Assembly: GCA_964588685.1 (NCBI GenBank)
Contig: CAZPQG010000003.1
Coordinates: 36,179 to 100,178, forward strand
Direction: 5' to 3'
DNA from: an uncultured Pseudomonadales bacterium
GTDB lineage: Bacteria; Patescibacteriota; Microgenomatia; UBA1400; PJMF01
DNA: 64,000 bases
The first letter of the stretch is position 1. Every line of letters starts with the position of its first letter. Position numbers and translations under genes: made by a program. Below, piece after piece: positions 18,424-28,883 of this stretch. A model generated the notes under the pieces. That model did no database searches and was not told where the DNA came from. It worked only from the letters and a program-made list of their open reading frames with translations.

Positions 18424-19319
18424 TAAAAACTCTCTTTTTGTTTAAAAAAACCAATGCTAGTATAGCCCACCACTCTTGAATTGTCGCCTGTAACATCTCC
18501 GGAGTGTTGATACTTAAAAAGCTTAGTTTGGCTGCAATTTAAAAGGCGGCTCAACAACAATCCCAGCTTAATTGCGGCCGCACCGCAGGCTCTAGTTTGT
18601 AAATTTTTTTCAGGTGCTGTTTGAGTTAACAACTCTTTAAATTTTTCTAAATTTTGATCAGTTATACTTTTAATCAGCTCTTGATCTACTTTCTCAGCAA
18701 GACCGGCAGAAGGATAATGTGATAAATCACTGCTGATAATCAAAATACTTTGGTCGTTAAAATTCTGATAAATATCCTGCGCTAAAGCTTGTAGATAACT
18801 AAGCTTGAAGGAGCCAATTAAAATGGGAACAATTTCAAAGTTAGGCAAAATATATTGTAAAAACGGCAGCTGTACTTCTAAAGAGTGCTCATTCTGATGA
18901 ACCTCATCATTAATCTGCCAATTAGATTTATCAGCTAAATTAGTAATAATCTTCTGAGCGACCGGTGTCTTTCCCAAGGGTGTTTGCCAGCTACTTCGGC
19001 TTGACAAACTTGCTAATTTTAAGAAAACTTGATGAGAATTGCCTAACAAAAAGACCCTGCTTACTAATGTATTTTCTAGATGGGCAAATCCGGCTGCCGC
19101 TGTTTGTCCTGAATATAAATAACCGGCATGAGGAAGAATTAAAATTCTAGGTCTATTTTTTTTCTTCGCTTTTTCTTGAAAAGCTTTTTCGTTGCCAACT
19201 GAGATGGAATCCTTTTTTGTCTGAGCCAAAAACTTTTCTATTTGCTTAGTCAGTTTTGCTTTGTCACCAGGATAAAATTTACCTGCTGCCATGGGAAATC
19301 GGGTAGCTGTTTGCGGCAT
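18423..19319 (-). CDS. MEMO1-family protein (AmmeMemoRadiSam system protein B). The ORF track extends to 19367, but the family-typical N-terminus 'MPQTATRFPMAAGKFYPG' places the start at the ATG at 19317-19319
   Basis: 'AGKFYPGD', 'ILILPHAGYLYSG', 'SSDLSHY' MEMO1 hallmarks. Confidence 0.75.
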   Translation of the reverse strand: MPQTATRFPMAAGKFYPGDKAKLTKQIEKFLAQTKKDSISVGNEKAFQEKAKKKNRPRILILPHAGYLYSGQTAAAGFAHLENTLVSRVFLLGNSHQVFLKLASLSSRSSWQTPLGKTPVAQKIITNLADKSNWQINDEVHQNEHSLEVQLPFLQYILPNFEIVPILIGSFKLSYLQALAQDIYQNFNDQSILIISSDLSHYPSAGLAEKVDQELIKSITDQNLEKFKELLTQTAPEKNLQTRACGAAAIKLGLLLSRLLNCSQTKLFKYQHSGDVTGDNSRVVGYTSIGFFKQKESF

Positions 19320-19344
19320 AATAAGATTATTAACTTTACTAAAC

Positions 19345-21342
19345 TTAAATCTGTCTGAACCAATCAACTACAAAAGACCACCAATTAGTTGTTTCTATGC
19401 CTCTGACTCTATCTTTCTCAATAACATAATCCGGCACTCGCTCCTGAGTTTCATCCGGAGTAGTAGATTGATTTGGGAGAAAAGAATCATCTTGCTCCGG
19501 ATCTTGAACAGAATTCGCAGACTGCAGCCTGTCAGATTTCGGATTTCTTTGATCAAAGTTGGTTACATAAGGAGTCTCGTCTAGCAGCTCCTCTTCCTCC
19601 GGTCTCATCTCTCTTTCGGTAGGTATGGCTGTCGGCATCCTTTCATAATCCTGCCGTTTTTCTTCAGCCGGTTCTTGTTCAATATCCCGCCGCACATCAT
19701 CAGCCTCCCCTTGTTCAATTTTCTCTCTGGCCGGGATTGAAACCGGCTCATCCGCCGGCTTTTCCAAATCTGTTTCTAATTCTTGATTCACTATTAACTC
19801 TAACTTAACTTCCGCCTGATTCTGATATTCATCAACTGCTCTGATTAGCCAAGTGTGAGTACCGTCTTCAACCAAACTAGTATCCCATTGATAAAAATAA
19901 GTTTCTGCCAATAGCTCATCGGGATCAGTCCAGCTTACTTTTTCTTTATTATTTAAAAATAACGTCACTTCATCTAATAAATTTTCATCTTGAACATTAA
20001 GTTCAATCACTGCCGTATCTTTAACTTCAGATCCTTGTTCCGGTGAAATAAATGTGGTGAGTGGAGCTTGTACATCTATACCCAGAGCAGCTGGCTTAGC
20101 ATACACCAAGCCATACCCATAATAGCTGTCTTTGCCGGGCGGTCCCAGATCAATAGCGCTGTCTCTCAACTTTTGTCTAATATTTTCTTGTTCATTAGAC
20201 ATCATTAAAGCAGCAGTGGCTGAAACGTGAGGCGCGGCCATAGAAGTTCCGGACCATTGGGCATAACCTCCACCGGGAACTGTGGAGTTTATCATTACTC
20301 CGGGCGCAACTAATTCAGCTCCTAAACTGGAAAAACTAGCAAAATTATCACTCTCGTCAGTTGCAGATACTGCTACGACAGAATCATAGCCAGCCGGGTA
20401 TAAAAGAGAGTCACCATCACTATTTCCTGCTGCTGCGGACATAAAAATACCCTGTGCAGCAGCTTCCTGCAATTTTGATTCCAATAATGAGCTGTCATAA
20501 GTTGTTCCTAACGAAAAATTAATTATAGCCGCATTTTTTTCTATAGCATGATCAATACCTTCAATTAAATCTGATAAGTAGCCGGTGCCGTCAGCTGATA
20601 AAACCTTAATAGCATACAAACTAGCTTGAGGCGAAACTCCAGTTAAACCGACTTCATTTAAATCAGCCGCAATAATACCGGCTACATGCGTACCATGACC
20701 GTGGTCATCAAAAGCATCCTGTGTATTAGTTAATACGTTGTAGCCGCCGGCATATCTATTTACTAAATCCGGATGACTGTAATCAATACCGGTATCAAGC
20801 ACTGCAACTAATATACCTTCAGCAGCAGTTGTTTCCCACACTTCGGGAGCTTCAATACGAGCCACACCCCAATCTATATTATTGGAACTAATAAAAACTG
20901 GGTAATCAACCTCAATTTCTGTTATAACTTCAGCTTCAACTAATTCAGTTTGCAGCTTTTCAGTGACTGCTTTATCAGCCTCTACTACTACGCTATTTGC
21001 ATGCTCTTTGATGACAATGGCATCATACTGTTGAGCCAAAGCAGCAACTTCTTGTGTGGTGCGGCCGGGACTAACCGGCAATACTTTTCGCTGTAAATTA
21101 GTTTTAGCAGCGACCATTTTTTCATCAATATCATAAGTCGGAGACTGTTCAGCCATAAAGGTTGTGGCAGTAGTTGAAGTTGTTTCGTGTATTGAATGTC
21201 TACCGCTTGGAGAAATAGTTGATAATGCTGTAACTATTAACAATAAAGTTAAAACGCCGTATGTTAGCAAAAAAATTCCAAGAGAGACTTTGAGAAAATT
21301 ATTCTTCTTTAAAGATACTTTAAATTTCTGCAATAATTGCAT
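19345..21342 (-). CDS. Secreted/membrane-anchored subtilisin-like serine peptidase (S8) with long acidic C-terminal region
   Basis: 665 aa; N-terminal TM/signal; 'VAVLDTGIDYSHPDL', 'HGTHVAGIIAA', 'GTSMAAPHVSATAAL' catalytic triad motifs. Confidence 0.85.
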   Translation of the reverse strand: MQLLQKFKVSLKKNNFLKVSLGIFLLTYGVLTLLLIVTALSTISPSGRHSIHETTSTTATTFMAEQSPTYDIDEKMVAAKTNLQRKVLPVSPGRTTQEVAALAQQYDAIVIKEHANSVVVEADKAVTEKLQTELVEAEVITEIEVDYPVFISSNNIDWGVARIEAPEVWETTAAEGILVAVLDTGIDYSHPDLVNRYAGGYNVLTNTQDAFDDHGHGTHVAGIIAADLNEVGLTGVSPQASLYAIKVLSADGTGYLSDLIEGIDHAIEKNAAIINFSLGTTYDSSLLESKLQEAAAQGIFMSAAAGNSDGDSLLYPAGYDSVVAVSATDESDNFASFSSLGAELVAPGVMINSTVPGGGYAQWSGTSMAAPHVSATAALMMSNEQENIRQKLRDSAIDLGPPGKDSYYGYGLVYAKPAALGIDVQAPLTTFISPEQGSEVKDTAVIELNVQDENLLDEVTLFLNNKEKVSWTDPDELLAETYFYQWDTSLVEDGTHTWLIRAVDEYQNQAEVKLELIVNQELETDLEKPADEPVSIPAREKIEQGEADDVRRDIEQEPAEEKRQDYERMPTAIPTEREMRPEEEELLDETPYVTNFDQRNPKSDRLQSANSVQDPEQDDSFLPNQSTTPDETQERVPDYVIEKDRVRGIETTNWWSFVVDWFRQI

Positions 21343-21610
21343 AGAAAAATGATATAAATATTAATTTAAATGTGATATTGTGGATGTTGAGCTATATCTT
21401 AACAATAACACAAGATAAGAGACGGCTTCAAGCTGGCAATTAATTTTTAGATTTTAAGATTTGTTTGTACAAAATCAACAAAATAAAATGTTGTCAGCAG
21501 CTGCAAAAAATCAGCTATAAAACATCAGCCGCAACTAAAAATAGATAAAAATGGTCAAAGAAAATAAGTAAATTAATCCCAGTAAACTTATAAAGTAAAA
21601 TAAAGACGCT

Positions 21611-22957
21611 ATGCCTCAAAAATCAATAGATCAATTAGCAAAACAACTCGCACTGGGGAAGCTCTCAGAACAGACAAGAGCTTTTCTCCAAATCTGGAAA
21701 CTAGCTAAAAAACAAGGCGTGCAGCCAGCTTCAATTAACAAGCTTTATTTACGCAGAGGAGAAGGAAAAATACCGGCTGATTTTACTGTTCCGGCGATCA
21801 ATATTAGAGGCATGACTTATGATGTAGCGCAAACCATTTTTAAATCAGCCTCAAACCACAAAGTAGGAACTGTTATTTTTGAGCTGGCTCGGTCTGAAAT
21901 GGGTTACACTAATCAACCGCCTCATGAATATGCCGGCATTATTTTAGCTGCCGCCATCAAGCAAAATTATCACTATCCGGTCTTTATTCAAGGCGATCAT
22001 TTTCATTTTCGTCTGCCAAACAAAAAAACTTTTCAACAAAATTTTCAACAATCTGAAATGGCTGCCATCAAAAAATTATCGCTGGCAGCAATTGACGCCG
22101 GTTTTTATAACATTGACATTGATGCTTCTACTTTAGTTGATTACAACCAGTCAGAAATTAAAAAGCAGCAAAAAGCAAATTATGCAGCCACGGCTGAGCT
22201 GGCAAATTTTATCAGAAAGCATCAGCCACAAGAGATACAAATTAGTTTAGGTGGTGAAATAGGCCATATTGGCGGAAAAAACTCAACCAAAGAAGAATTA
22301 CGGGCCTTTATTCAAGGCTTTGAGGAAAATTTAACTTTAAAGCAAACAGGCTTGTCAAAAATATCTATTCAAACAGGCACTCATCATGGCGGAGTGGTTT
22401 TACCTGACGGCAGCTTAGCAGAAGTAGCAGTTGATTTTGAAACTATTGCAGCACTCTCTCAAGAAGCAAAAAAACATGGTTTAGGAGGAGTGGTGCAGCA
22501 TGGAGCTTCTACTTTACCGGAAGAATATTTTGCCCAATTTCCACAAGCCGGCACTTTAGAAATTCATTTAGCAACAGAGTTTCAAAATATCATTTTTGAT
22601 CATCCGGCATTTCCCCAAGATTTATTACAACAGATGCATCAATGGCTGGATCGGGAAAAAGCTAAGCAAAGAAAATCCAATCAAACTGATGAACAATTTT
22701 ATTATGAATTTAGAAAAACCGCCTGGGGAGCTTTTAAAGAAGAAATTTGGTATCTCCCTCAATCCGTAAAGCAAGACCTGTTAACAACACTGACAAATAA
22801 AATCGACTTCTTATTCAACGCACTAAATGTAGTCAACACTAGAAAAATAGTTGATGAGATAGTTCAACCAGTTGTTCCTGATAAAACTAAAGTGCAAGTT
22901 AAGAAGGAGCAGCCGGCACTAACACCAGCTGATTCAGCCGGTTCAGATCCTGATTAA
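21611..22957 (+). CDS. fba: Class II fructose-bisphosphate aldolase (long form with C-terminal extension)
   Basis: 448 aa; 'PAINIRGMTYDVAQTIF', 'QGDHFHF', 'LGGEIGHIGG', 'TGTHHGGV' and 'VVQHGAST' correspond to class II FBA zinc/substrate motifs. Confidence 0.65.
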   Translation: MPQKSIDQLAKQLALGKLSEQTRAFLQIWKLAKKQGVQPASINKLYLRRGEGKIPADFTVPAINIRGMTYDVAQTIFKSASNHKVGTVIFELARSEMGYTNQPPHEYAGIILAAAIKQNYHYPVFIQGDHFHFRLPNKKTFQQNFQQSEMAAIKKLSLAAIDAGFYNIDIDASTLVDYNQSEIKKQQKANYAATAELANFIRKHQPQEIQISLGGEIGHIGGKNSTKEELRAFIQGFEENLTLKQTGLSKISIQTGTHHGGVVLPDGSLAEVAVDFETIAALSQEAKKHGLGGVVQHGASTLPEEYFAQFPQAGTLEIHLATEFQNIIFDHPAFPQDLLQQMHQWLDREKAKQRKSNQTDEQFYYEFRKTAWGAFKEEIWYLPQSVKQDLLTTLTNKIDFLFNALNVVNTRKIVDEIVQPVVPDKTKVQVKKEQPALTPADSAGSDPD

Positions 22958-23062
22958 ATTATTAAGCCAATGAGTTGATTTCAACAACAATCTGAGTTAA
23001 TCAAGGCTCATTTTATTCAATTTATTCAATCAAGATTAAGACCTGTTCTGGATTAAAATCCG

Positions 23063-23575
23063 CTACTCAATCCATTGCACCTTATCTTCTTCATATTCTT
23101 CTGCTGAGTGAGGCGCTTTTTCTTCGGCCGGATAGCCCAAAGGCATGAGACATAATATCTTTTTATCAGCGGAAATACCCAATAATTCTTGAACATACTC
23201 TTCACAACTTTTGCCATTAGAAGCTTGATTTCCGTGAACATGAGTCCAGCAAGTACCCAATCCTTGATGAGTCGCTTCTAAATAAATATGAGCCGCAGCA
23301 ATGCTGGCATCTTCCAACCAATGATCAAACTCTTCTGACAAGACTACAATCACAGCTTGAGCCTGCTGCACAAATTCACCGCCCGCCTTCATCTCTCCCA
23401 ACTGTTGAATTAACTCAGGTTTAGTCACAACCATAAATTTCCAAGCTCGAGTATGTCGAGCGCTGGGTGCATACATTGCTGCCTGCAAAATAGCTTTTAT
23501 TTTATCTTTAGAAACAGGTTTTGATTGATAAGCTCGAATACTGCGTCGTTGTTTAATTACGGGAAGTATTTTCAT
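23063..23575 (-). CDS. Nitroreductase-family flavoprotein
   Basis: 170 aa; 'RRSIRAYQSKPV', 'APSARHTRAWKF' nitroreductase fold motifs. Confidence 0.75.
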   Translation of the reverse strand: MKILPVIKQRRSIRAYQSKPVSKDKIKAILQAAMYAPSARHTRAWKFMVVTKPELIQQLGEMKAGGEFVQQAQAVIVVLSEEFDHWLEDASIAAAHIYLEATHQGLGTCWTHVHGNQASNGKSCEEYVQELLGISADKKILCLMPLGYPAEEKAPHSAEEYEEDKVQWIE

Positions 23576-23959
23576 AATGTAATTCCAATGTTAGCTAATA
23601 TGATTAGTATTAACAATTTTATCTTTTAACCATCAAAAATCAACCATTTATCCTAGGCACATACGTCCTGGACAGATACGTTGAGCTGAATGATCAAGCG
23701 CTTAATTAAATAGTTGAACACAATTTACAATTCAATAGTGAAATACAATTTACAGCAGCAAAGTAAATAACCAGCTTTGTTTGCTCTAAATTTCATGCCC
23801 CCAATAATAATTTAATTTTATATAATGAATTAACTTTGCTAATAACAAATTCTAGCGACAAAACTTGACAGCAAAAATTTGTAATAAACAAAAAAGGCTA
23901 AGCAGCATAAGACTGCAGTAAAAAATGCTGAAAAAAAATAAAAATAATTATTTTCAATC

Positions 23960-25483
23960 ATGATTGTCATTCTTGATTTTGGTTCTCAAACCACTCATCT
24001 CATTCATAGAAGGATTAAAGCTTTGGGTGTTGCTGCCCGTATTGCTGATCCCGCTGCATTTAAGCCTAACCAGGTGCCTCAACTAAAAGGTTTAATTCTA
24101 AGTGGAGGACCTGCCAGTGTCACTGCCGAAAACAGCCCTGATTTTTCTTTTTCTTTATCCCAAATTAATGCACCTGTCCTTGGTATTTGTTATGGCTGGC
24201 AGCTAATTGCCAAAAAACTAAAAGGCGAAGTGACAGCAGCTGAAAAAGAATACGGGCCGGCTCAAATGAAAATTAAAAATAAAAATCTGTTATTTGACGA
24301 AATCAATCAGAACAATTTTAAAGTTTGGATGAGTCATGGAGATCTTGTAAAAAAGATTCCATCAGGCTTTCAATATCTCGCCAGCACTGACGATATAGCT
24401 GCAGCAGCCGTTGCCAACAACAAAAAGCAAATTTACGGCTTGCAATTTCATCCTGAAGTTGAACACACCAAATTCGGCCAGCAAATATTACGTAATTTTA
24501 TAGAAAAAATTTGCGGCCTTACTGTTAGAGAAAAACAGCTGGACGTAAATAAAGTGGTGCAAAAGATAAAAAATCAATTAGCTCATACTGAGGGAAAAAT
24601 AGTGGCGGCAGTGTCCGGTGGAGTTGACTCTACAGTGGCCAGTGCCATTGCAGCTAAAGCTGTGGGCAAACGGCTGGTGCCAATTTATTGCGATAACGGT
24701 TTAATGCGCTTGCGAACTGACAAATACGTAAAAAAAGTTTTTAAAGATTATCTGCAAATTAACCCGGTGATCGTTGACTGCCGGGCTGAATTTTTAAAAG
24801 CATTACAAGGTGTTATTGATCCGGAAAAAAAACGAAAAAATGTCGGCAAGCTTTATATTGATATTTTTGAGAGAGAAGCTAAAAAATTAAAAAACGTGCA
24901 GTATTTAGTACAAGGCACCATTTATTCAGATGTCATTGAAAGTAAAGGTTCTAAAAACGCCAGTAAAATTAAAAGTCATCATAATGTTGGCGGTTTACCG
25001 GAAAAAATGTCTCTGAAATTAATTGAGCCGTTACGTAATTTTTATAAAGATGAAGTGCGGGAACTTGGACGTCAACTTGGACTACCTGATGAAGTAGTAA
25101 ATTGCCAACCTTTCCCTGGGCCCGGCCATGCAATTCGCATTATCGGAGAAGTAACTGCAGACAGACTAAAAAAACAACAACAAGCTGATCAAATTGTTAT
25201 TGATGTTCTCACTGAAACAGGTTGGTTTAATAAAGTTTTTCAAAGTTTTCCTATTATGACCGGTGTACAAACCACAGCCGTTAAGGGAGATGAGCGTGCC
25301 TTTAGTGAGCTGGTGGGTTTAAGAATATACAACAGCACAGATGTGATGACTGCCGGCTGGACTAGGCTGCCATATGACATTTTGCAAAAAATCTCAAGCA
25401 GAATTGTCAACGAAATACCTGATGTGTCCAGGGTGGCGTATGATATTACCACTAAACCACCGGCCACTATGGAATGGGAGTAA
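23960..25483 (+). CDS. guaA: GMP synthase (glutamine-hydrolysing)
   Basis: 507 aa; GATase 'GICYGWQ', PP-loop 'SGGVDSTV', C-terminal 'ATMEWE'. Confidence 0.95.
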   Translation: MIVILDFGSQTTHLIHRRIKALGVAARIADPAAFKPNQVPQLKGLILSGGPASVTAENSPDFSFSLSQINAPVLGICYGWQLIAKKLKGEVTAAEKEYGPAQMKIKNKNLLFDEINQNNFKVWMSHGDLVKKIPSGFQYLASTDDIAAAAVANNKKQIYGLQFHPEVEHTKFGQQILRNFIEKICGLTVREKQLDVNKVVQKIKNQLAHTEGKIVAAVSGGVDSTVASAIAAKAVGKRLVPIYCDNGLMRLRTDKYVKKVFKDYLQINPVIVDCRAEFLKALQGVIDPEKKRKNVGKLYIDIFEREAKKLKNVQYLVQGTIYSDVIESKGSKNASKIKSHHNVGGLPEKMSLKLIEPLRNFYKDEVRELGRQLGLPDEVVNCQPFPGPGHAIRIIGEVTADRLKKQQQADQIVIDVLTETGWFNKVFQSFPIMTGVQTTAVKGDERAFSELVGLRIYNSTDVMTAGWTRLPYDILQKISSRIVNEIPDVSRVAYDITTKPPATMEWE

Positions 25484-25573
25484 TTTTTGACTTTAGTGCC
25501 ACTAAGAGTTAATAGTTAAAGCTTAATTTTAAGAGTTAATTTAATCATTAAAACAACGGAGCATATTTAAAAA

Positions 25574-26779
25574 TTGTTTACAATTATGATCACTGCTCAG
25601 GTCACCGCCGACATTACCTATCTTGGAGTTGATGACAAGCAAACTGAATTATTTGAGGCTCTATGGCCTATCCCCCAAGGCATTAGTTATAACAGTTATT
25701 TGATTATTGATGAAAAAACTGCTTTGATTGATACTGTTGCGCAAAAATTTAATCAAGATTTTATTCAAACTTTACAAAATATTCTAGGCGGACGCAAGCT
25801 TGACTATTTGATCCTTAATCATATGGAACCTGACCATTCAGGAACTCTCACAAAGATCAAAAAATTATATCCTGAGGCAATAATAGTTGGAAACCATAAA
25901 ACCGCTGCTTTTGCTCATGGTTTTTATCAAATTTCTAAAAATCAAATCAACCAAATAGAAACTGGAGATAAAATTTCTTTAGGTGATCATAAACTTATTT
26001 TCGAACGAACAACTATGGTTCACTGGCCTGAAAGCATGGTTGTTTTTGAAAAAAATAGCGGCACTCTTTTTAGCAGCGATATTTTTGGGGGATTTAAAAC
26101 TGTAAACGGCCGGCCGCTGGCAGCTCAACACCCAAATTTATCAGAGTATATTAATCAAGCGCGCCAATATTTTGCTGCGGTTTTAGGGGCTCACACTCGG
26201 CCCACCGCTAAAGCTTTAGACCAGCTTAAATCGTTTCCCATTAAAACCATTGCTCCAGCCCATGGTTTAGTATGGCAAAACAAGAAAGACCAAATTTTTA
26301 ACCTCTATAAACAATGGAGTCAATTTGAATCAGAACCGGGCATTGTAATTGTCTATGGTTCGATGTATGGCTTTACCAAAAAAACTGCCCTTCTAATTTG
26401 CCAACAGTTAAAAAAGGAGCAGGTGGAAGTTAAACTGTTAAATGCTGCTCACACATCTATAGCTGAATTATTAAACTATATCTGGCAGTATCAAGGTCTG
26501 GTTATTGCCAGCTGCACGCACAACAATCACTTATTCCCACCTATTAAAAACTTATTAGATGCCTTAGAAACAAGAAGGGTTAAAAGTAAATTTTTGGCTG
26601 TGATTGGCTCTTATAGTTGGACTGGAGGAGCTTTGAGGTATCTTAAAAAATTTGCCCAAAATTCTAAATTAGAAATAATTGAGCCACAGTTTAAAATTCA
26701 ATATCAATTAGATGAACAGACCAGACAACAAGCTTTAGCTTTAAGTGAAAATCTGATTAAGCGAGTAAAAGATCAATAA
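25574..26779 (+). CDS. Flavodiiron protein (FprA-like: metallo-beta-lactamase-like diiron domain plus flavodoxin domain)
   Basis: 401 aa; 'LNHMEPDHSG' H-x-E-x-D-H diiron motif; C-terminal flavodoxin-like 'IVIVYGSMYGFTKK'. Confidence 0.8.
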   Translation: MFTIMITAQVTADITYLGVDDKQTELFEALWPIPQGISYNSYLIIDEKTALIDTVAQKFNQDFIQTLQNILGGRKLDYLILNHMEPDHSGTLTKIKKLYPEAIIVGNHKTAAFAHGFYQISKNQINQIETGDKISLGDHKLIFERTTMVHWPESMVVFEKNSGTLFSSDIFGGFKTVNGRPLAAQHPNLSEYINQARQYFAAVLGAHTRPTAKALDQLKSFPIKTIAPAHGLVWQNKKDQIFNLYKQWSQFESEPGIVIVYGSMYGFTKKTALLICQQLKKEQVEVKLLNAAHTSIAELLNYIWQYQGLVIASCTHNNHLFPPIKNLLDALETRRVKSKFLAVIGSYSWTGGALRYLKKFAQNSKLEIIEPQFKIQYQLDEQTRQQALALSENLIKRVKDQ

Positions 26780-26819
26780 TAACATCAATTATTGACAATT
26801 AATTTAATCAAGCAAAAAT

Positions 26820-27716
26820 ATGTCAAAAATCAGCCTAGTCAAACACACGCAATCTTACCAAGGCACCCTCACAGTTTTGCAGCCATTAAAAGATAAAGTA
26901 AAGCAACAAATTCAAAACCTAGACCGGATTGTTGTGAAGATTAATTTTGTAACCACTCACAAAGAACTTGCTACAACTCCGGTTGAGTCTGTTAAAGCCT
27001 TGATTGATTTTGTCAAACCTTTTTATAAGGGAGAAATTATCATTGCTGAAGAAGCCACGATCGGCAATACTAAGCAAGGATTTAAACAACATGGCTTTAC
27101 ACAGATAGCAAATCAAGAAAAACAGGTTAAATTGTTCTATTCAGCTCAAGATGAAGCGCAGACTGTTACTATTGATTATGCTGACGGCTCTATACAGCTG
27201 CCTTTAGCTAATATTTATACCCAAGCTCCCTATGTAATTTCTATTTGTCGAGCTAAAACCCATGACGCAGTGGTGGTAACTTTATCAATTAAAAATTTAT
27301 TAGTTGGCGCTATTCAAGGCGGCTTTTCCACCCGCAGCAAAATTCATCAAAGTTGGCATATTAATTGGATTTTGCAAAAATTAACCCATCACATTTACCC
27401 TGACTTAAGCATTATTGACGGCACTATTGGCATGGAGGGGGATGGACCCAGCAGCGGCACGCCGATTAAAGCCAACTGGTTATTAGCATCGCTTGACCCC
27501 CTGGCTGCAGATTCTGTTGCGGCCTATCTAATGGGATTTGATATTAGCGATATTGGTTATTTAACCTTAATGAAGCAAGCTAAGTTAGGTAAGCTTTATC
27601 CTAAAGATAAAGCTGAAATTAAGATCAAGGGACCGGCCTTAAATACTTTGCAAACTAACTTTAAGCCGCATCGCACTTTTAAGCACCAAAAACAATGGCG
27701 TCAAGCTCAAAAATAA
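26820..27716 (+). CDS. DUF362-domain protein
   Basis: 298 aa; 'VVKINFVT' N-terminal DUF362 pattern; paralog of the 47259..48293 protein, which carries ferredoxin motifs. Confidence 0.5.
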   Translation: MSKISLVKHTQSYQGTLTVLQPLKDKVKQQIQNLDRIVVKINFVTTHKELATTPVESVKALIDFVKPFYKGEIIIAEEATIGNTKQGFKQHGFTQIANQEKQVKLFYSAQDEAQTVTIDYADGSIQLPLANIYTQAPYVISICRAKTHDAVVVTLSIKNLLVGAIQGGFSTRSKIHQSWHINWILQKLTHHIYPDLSIIDGTIGMEGDGPSSGTPIKANWLLASLDPLAADSVAAYLMGFDISDIGYLTLMKQAKLGKLYPKDKAEIKIKGPALNTLQTNFKPHRTFKHQKQWRQAQK

Positions 27717-27759
27717 AAAAAAGTTCAGTGGTAAAATATAGATTAACTCTATCTTTAGT

Positions 27760-28200
27760 TCACAGCCATAACTTAAATAGATAAACAGAAATGATAATAG
27801 TCACAACTATGACGCACTGCCACATAATTTGATAGACAAACCAAATAGAATCATTAGGAAAAAATTGAAATAAAGGTAAATTTTCCGGTTTATTGCGCTC
27901 AAGCGTAGAAAATTGTTGATTAAACCAATAAATCATTTCACCCATACTTCTAACTAACCAAAAAATAGAAGTAATTAACCAAAATAAAATCCAATCTTGG
28001 GTCACTAAACAAAAAAGACTGACTAAAAACCAAAAAAGTCCAAAAATAACTGCATCAGCCCAAACAAATGCTCCCATAAAAGATAAATATCTGGTTAAAG
28101 TATTAGTATTGCCCTTTCTGCTTTGTTTTAAGCCTTTTATAGCAAAAAACAAACAAGTAAAGGCAAAAGTTGACAGAAATACAAGTTGAATTAATGGCAT
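27760..28200 (-). CDS. Hypothetical integral membrane protein (4 TM helices)
   Basis: 146 aa, hydrophobic, no recognisable motif. Confidence 0.4.
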   Translation of the reverse strand: MPLIQLVFLSTFAFTCLFFAIKGLKQSRKGNTNTLTRYLSFMGAFVWADAVIFGLFWFLVSLFCLVTQDWILFWLITSIFWLVRSMGEMIYWFNQQFSTLERNKPENLPLFQFFPNDSIWFVYQIMWQCVIVVTIIISVYLFKLWL

Positions 28201-28332
28201 GACTAGTTATTCTCTATTCACAGTTGCTGGCAAACTCATTATCATTAATATTATAATCTACCATACAGTAGAAGTCATAAAATTTAATTACTAATCTCAG
28301 CATCAATAAATATTATTAATCAATACATCAAA

Positions 28333-28803
28333 ATGATCATCAAGCTTTTCGTGGCGCTGCTTACTCCTCTTTTAGTTGGTTTTTTGGGCTCATTAGCCAC
28401 TGCCTCTTCGGTACAAACCTGGTATCCTCTTTTAACCAAGCCGCCCTTAAATCCACCCAACTGGATTTTTGCTCCGATGTGGACAGCAATTTACATTTTA
28501 ATTGGTATCAATTTTTATTTATTATGGCAAAAGAAAACAAATCAAAAAATAACAAGTCAAGTTTTTGCTGTTTTCTTAATACAGCTAGGACTAAATGCCG
28601 TCTGGAGCCCAATATTTTTTGGCTTGCAAAGCCCGTTTTTGGCTTTAATTATTATTGTTTTGCTTTTAATCTCTCTCATCTGGCTGGCCCTGCAGCTTAA
28701 AACAGACCATGCTCTTAATTTTTGGCTGCTGCTGCCCTACTTAATGTGGGTTGCTTTTGCAGCTTATCTTAATTTAGGCATTTTTCTATTAAACTCTATC
28801 TGA
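28333..28803 (+). CDS. tspO: TspO/MBR (tryptophan-rich sensory protein / translocator protein) family
   Basis: 156 aa; 'WYPLLTKPPLNPPNWIFAPMWTAIYILIG' TspO signature, 5 TM helices. Confidence 0.8.
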   Translation: MIIKLFVALLTPLLVGFLGSLATASSVQTWYPLLTKPPLNPPNWIFAPMWTAIYILIGINFYLLWQKKTNQKITSQVFAVFLIQLGLNAVWSPIFFGLQSPFLALIIIVLLLISLIWLALQLKTDHALNFWLLLPYLMWVAFAAYLNLGIFLLNSI

Positions 28804-28883
28804 TTTTAAATATTTAAATATCTATTGCAGCATAGGTTGTATAATTTTAAAACTAACTCAATTTAAAAATTAATCATAAATAT

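Noticed and set aside
23580-23959. Direct repeat atacgt...atacgt in the nitroreductase/guaA divergent promoter region as a regulator box
   Set aside because: Only 6-bp identity, not palindromic; indistinguishable from chance in AT-rich DNA.
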